From Paraphysomonas bandaiensis (lineage: Eukaryota; Protista; Chrysophyceae): a DNA stretch of 64,000 bases. The notes under the pieces are model-generated. The model saw only the letters and a program-made list of their open reading frames with translations. It was not told where the DNA came from and did not search any database. Shown here one piece after another: positions 62,770 through 64,000 of this stretch (position 1 is its first letter; every line of letters begins with the position of its first letter). Where the stretch lies: NCBI GenBank assembly GCA_965644295.1, contig CBFFRP010000435.1, forward strand, positions 1 through 64,000, in the 5' to 3' direction. A program made the position numbers and the translations under genes.

Positions 62770-64000
62770 ATCTGAATGGACATATGAAGACAAAGGCATT
62801 TACATTGCAGACGCAATGGCCGAAGAGGACTGGCTTGAGGTTGATAGACTACAGGGACGACAAAATTACACTGTGTGTCTGTAACATAGAAGTGAAACAA
62901 GCCATTGAGCGAATACTCACCGAGGGTTTATGACACTGGCGCCTAACCGGGGAACGACGGCCGCATCGTACAAGCCCCCTACTTACGGACTTCCAATCCC
63001 TCCGCAGTCAACGGACGCTGGAGTCCTACTACACTGCACTCAGAGAGATCAACGCTATGCACCTGGATACTGGACAGACAGCGGGGCACTACTTCCGCGC
63101 AAACTGGCGCAAGCAGACGGTGATCCATCAAAGGATAAAGATAGTTACGCCTGAGAGTGCTCAATGCAGCATTGGCATGGGACAAATCTTTCAGTATAGG
63201 GAGAAACCGGGCTAAAACCAAACACGGTCTCGACCTAGCTAAAGCTGCATGTTCTGACTGCGGATTTCGACTAGACTCCCTCAAGCACATGTGCCTCTCT
63301 AGACTGCACACATGACACCATCATCACTCAGAAATACGGGAGACGGCATTTCACAGCCACAAAAACGCGCTTCAAGAGATACTGAGAAACCAGGACCTAC
63401 CCCACTGGACCACCAATGAGCTACAGCGGCTCTCCGGAAGAGCCTGAAACCCTTCCCTCCCACAGGTGGAGAGATTCTGGACGGGCACCATCACCATTGC
63501 TCAACTTGAGACAGTTTTTGGAGATCATATCCATAAGTCCCTGACATCTCTAGGACTGCGCAACCTTGAATTAGCGGTCATCAACCTGCTTCTCCTGATT
63601 CAAGATCGAGGTCGAAGATGGATCACCCTACAAAAAGTACCCCCTACTAGGCTACTCCTGCGATCGCGTCAACCACGTAGACAGCAACGGAAACGTCCAA
63701 GAGTGCTACAATTACTAGAGGAGTCTGCAGACGACCCGAGACTGCTGGACCATCGCCCACCGCACACACGAACCCTACCACTCACACACACAGGAGCACA
63801 TCATCAGTCCTTCAGGCCCTAGACAACGACGCCGGCTCCGGCAACTCCACCTATGCCTGACGCCTAAACGGTGCACTGAGACAACGCCACATTCCAACAC
63901 ACCACCCACCTCTCAGACCACACGCCTAACAATAGGTACACTCAGGACCTTAATACAGAACCCTGTACCTCAGAGTCTGGTGGAAACTTACCCCAAGGGT
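62770..64000 (+). mobile_element. Degenerate LINE fragment, inverted relative to 61340-62560
   Basis: 62780-63430 is the reverse complement of about 61360-62010 with scattered substitutions. ERFWTG matches ERYWTG in ORF 159-1271. Confidence 0.75.

Overview
Eukaryotic, intron-containing and transposon-saturated DNA, probably from a protist (a stramenopile is my inference from the TE protein families). Probable host genes are few: a spliced WD40 gene (13780-15155), a spliced LRR gene (51942-~54153) and one unknown ORF. The rest is mobile DNA: RNase H-bearing LINE fragments, a pogo/Fot1-like DD35D transposon with an intron, an unclassified TIR family carrying an 'HTHEDID' motif, a tRNA-primed Ty1/copia family (three copies), an internally deleted chromodomain Ty3/gypsy element, and four PIF/Harbinger elements nested inside one another (29662-46872). 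The top candidate for a new system is an intact, young Ty1/copia element at 38158-43163. It has no tRNA primer-binding site. Instead, 16 nt inside its own LTR are perfectly complementary to the LTR end plus PBS position, which suggests Tf1-like self-priming in a copia element. It also has symmetric CG...CG LTR ends instead of TG...CA and an apparent D-D-D integrase triad. All alignments and coordinates were read by eye; no database searches were run.
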